From an uncultured Verrucomicrobiae bacterium (GTDB lineage: Bacteria > Verrucomicrobiota > Verrucomicrobiia > Limisphaerales > UBA11358): 64,000 nucleotides of DNA. Below, piece by piece: positions 62,774 to 64,000 of the stretch (position 1 is its first letter; each line of letters begins with the position of its first letter). The stretch is taken from assembly GCA_963744965.1 (NCBI GenBank), contig CAVUVT010000007.1, positions 16,642 to 80,641 of the forward strand, written 5' to 3'. Under the pieces are notes generated by a model that did not search any database, had not been told where the DNA came from, and saw only the letters and a list, made by a program, of their open reading frames with translations. Position numbers and translations under genes: made by a program.

Positions 62774-64000
62774 ATGAAACTTTCCAGAAAATTGATTCTG
62801 GCCGGAATGGTTCTCGCCGGCACCGCCTTCGCGCAATCCGAACAATGGCTGGAATACCATACCAGCGCCGAGGGCCACGCCTACCACCAGATGGAACTGA
62901 CCACCAACCCGCCGCCCGGCGTCGCCCTGCCCAAACTGAACGCGCCGCCCTATTTCGCGCGCTGGCAGACGCCGATGGACCCTGCCGGCGGGCGCTGGCT
63001 CTGCCTCGACCGCACGCACAAGTCCGGGCCTTACGACCGGCTGTTCATTGACAGCAACGGCAACGGCCGGCTGGACGACGAAACGCCCGTCCAGGCGCGG
63101 CTGGATTCGTACAACGCCTTTTTTCCGCCGGTCCCGGTCGTTTTCAAGGGCGAGGACGGGCCGATTACCTATCATCTCGCGTTCCGGTTCTATCAATACG
63201 AAAAGAATCCCGCGCAATTGCTGGCGTCGTCCGCCGGCTGGTATGAAGGCGTGGTGAATTTCGACGGCGCGAAAAAACGCATCCAACTGATTGACGGCAA
63301 CGTCAACGGCACGTTCAACGACGTCGCGCCGGACCCGTATGACAGCGACCGCGTCCAGATCGAAGGCGACAAAACCGGCGAGCGTTTTCTGGGCAAGATG
63401 GTGGAAGTGGACGGCAAGCTTTTCAAAATCGAAGCCGCCCGCGACGGCGCGTTCGTCAAGGTGCAAAAGGCGGAAAACGTCACCCTCGGCCAGGTGCGCG
63501 TGCCGGAAAACATTTCCGAATTCGCCGCGTTCGGCGAGAACGGCCATTTCGTGCGCAAACCGGTGAACGGCGAATTCACCCTGCCGGCGGGCCATTACCG
63601 GATCTTCCACTGGACGATCAACCGCAAGGATGAAAAAGGCGCGGCGTGGACGCTGTCAGGCTATAATTTCCCCAAAACCGCCGGCTTCGAGGTCGCCGCC
63701 GATAAAACCGCCGTGCTGGAAATCGGCGAGCCGGTGCAAGCCGTGCTCAAGGCGACCGAGAACCCCAACCGCCAGGTCGCCTTCAGCCTCCGCTTCGAGG
63801 GCCGACAGAAGGAAGCCATCGAGATGCTGCGTGACGGGCAGCGTCCGCGGGGGCCGAAATTGATGCTGGCCAACGCCGACGGGACGTTGTGTTACACGAA
63901 CACGTTCGAGTTTGGGTGAGGCGGCGTTTGTTCGCTCTCATGGCGGGAGCCCAAAAATGTTCAGCGTCCGTTGGCCGGCAGTGTCAAAATCTTCAGCCCC
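62774..64000 (+). CDS. Exported paralog with an in-frame TGA (63917-63919, candidate Sec); frame stays open to the window end
   Basis: Signal peptide, DSNGNGRLDD motif, NTFEFG-*-GGVCSLSWREPK. Confidence 0.72.
63920..63961 (+). promoter_or_regulatory. Candidate SECIS-like recoding hairpin 2
   Basis: GCTCTC-ATGGC-GGGAGC at 63934-63950, 14 nt after the TGA; lower stem GGCGTTT/AAATGTT. Confidence 0.65.

Noticed and set aside
61892-63919. Genome-wide UGA reassignment (genetic code 4 or 25)
   Set aside because: TGA ends many conserved genes here at their expected termini (trpD, proC, nuoB, nuoH, rplU).

Overview
GC-rich bacterial chromosomal segment; gene content and repeat families suggest a Verrucomicrobiota (Pedosphaera-like) genome, which is an inference. 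It carries housekeeping genes (trpD, proC, prfA, rpmE, mnmG, pgi, lptG-like, ubiE/menG, DAHP synthase, rsmD, obgE, rpmA, rplU, mazG, proB), four tRNAs, and a nuoB-N complex I cluster (no nuoA) interrupted by cargo genes, an antisense tRNA, an IS200/RAYT-type transposase and many palindromic repeats. Top finding: two neighbouring paralogous exported proteins (60635-62734 and 62774->64000) both run FEFG-TGA-GGxCSxSWR in frame, each TGA followed at the same distance by a hairpin with compensatory base changes. This is the pattern expected of an unannotated selenoprotein (UGA-recoded) family. Other highlights: a phcBSR-like quorum-sensing locus beside a FadL porin and esterase-fold genes; a parS site inside mnmG within an AT-shifted zone; a GIY-YIG gene between tRNA-Lys and tRNA-derived copies whose anticodon arm is replaced by a palindrome; an autonomous HUH transposase element with three non-autonomous derivatives; and a triple DUF2975 array with identical 3' ends. 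Four single-base frameshifts in homopolymers are probably assembly errors. All calls come from reading the sequence only; no database searches were run.
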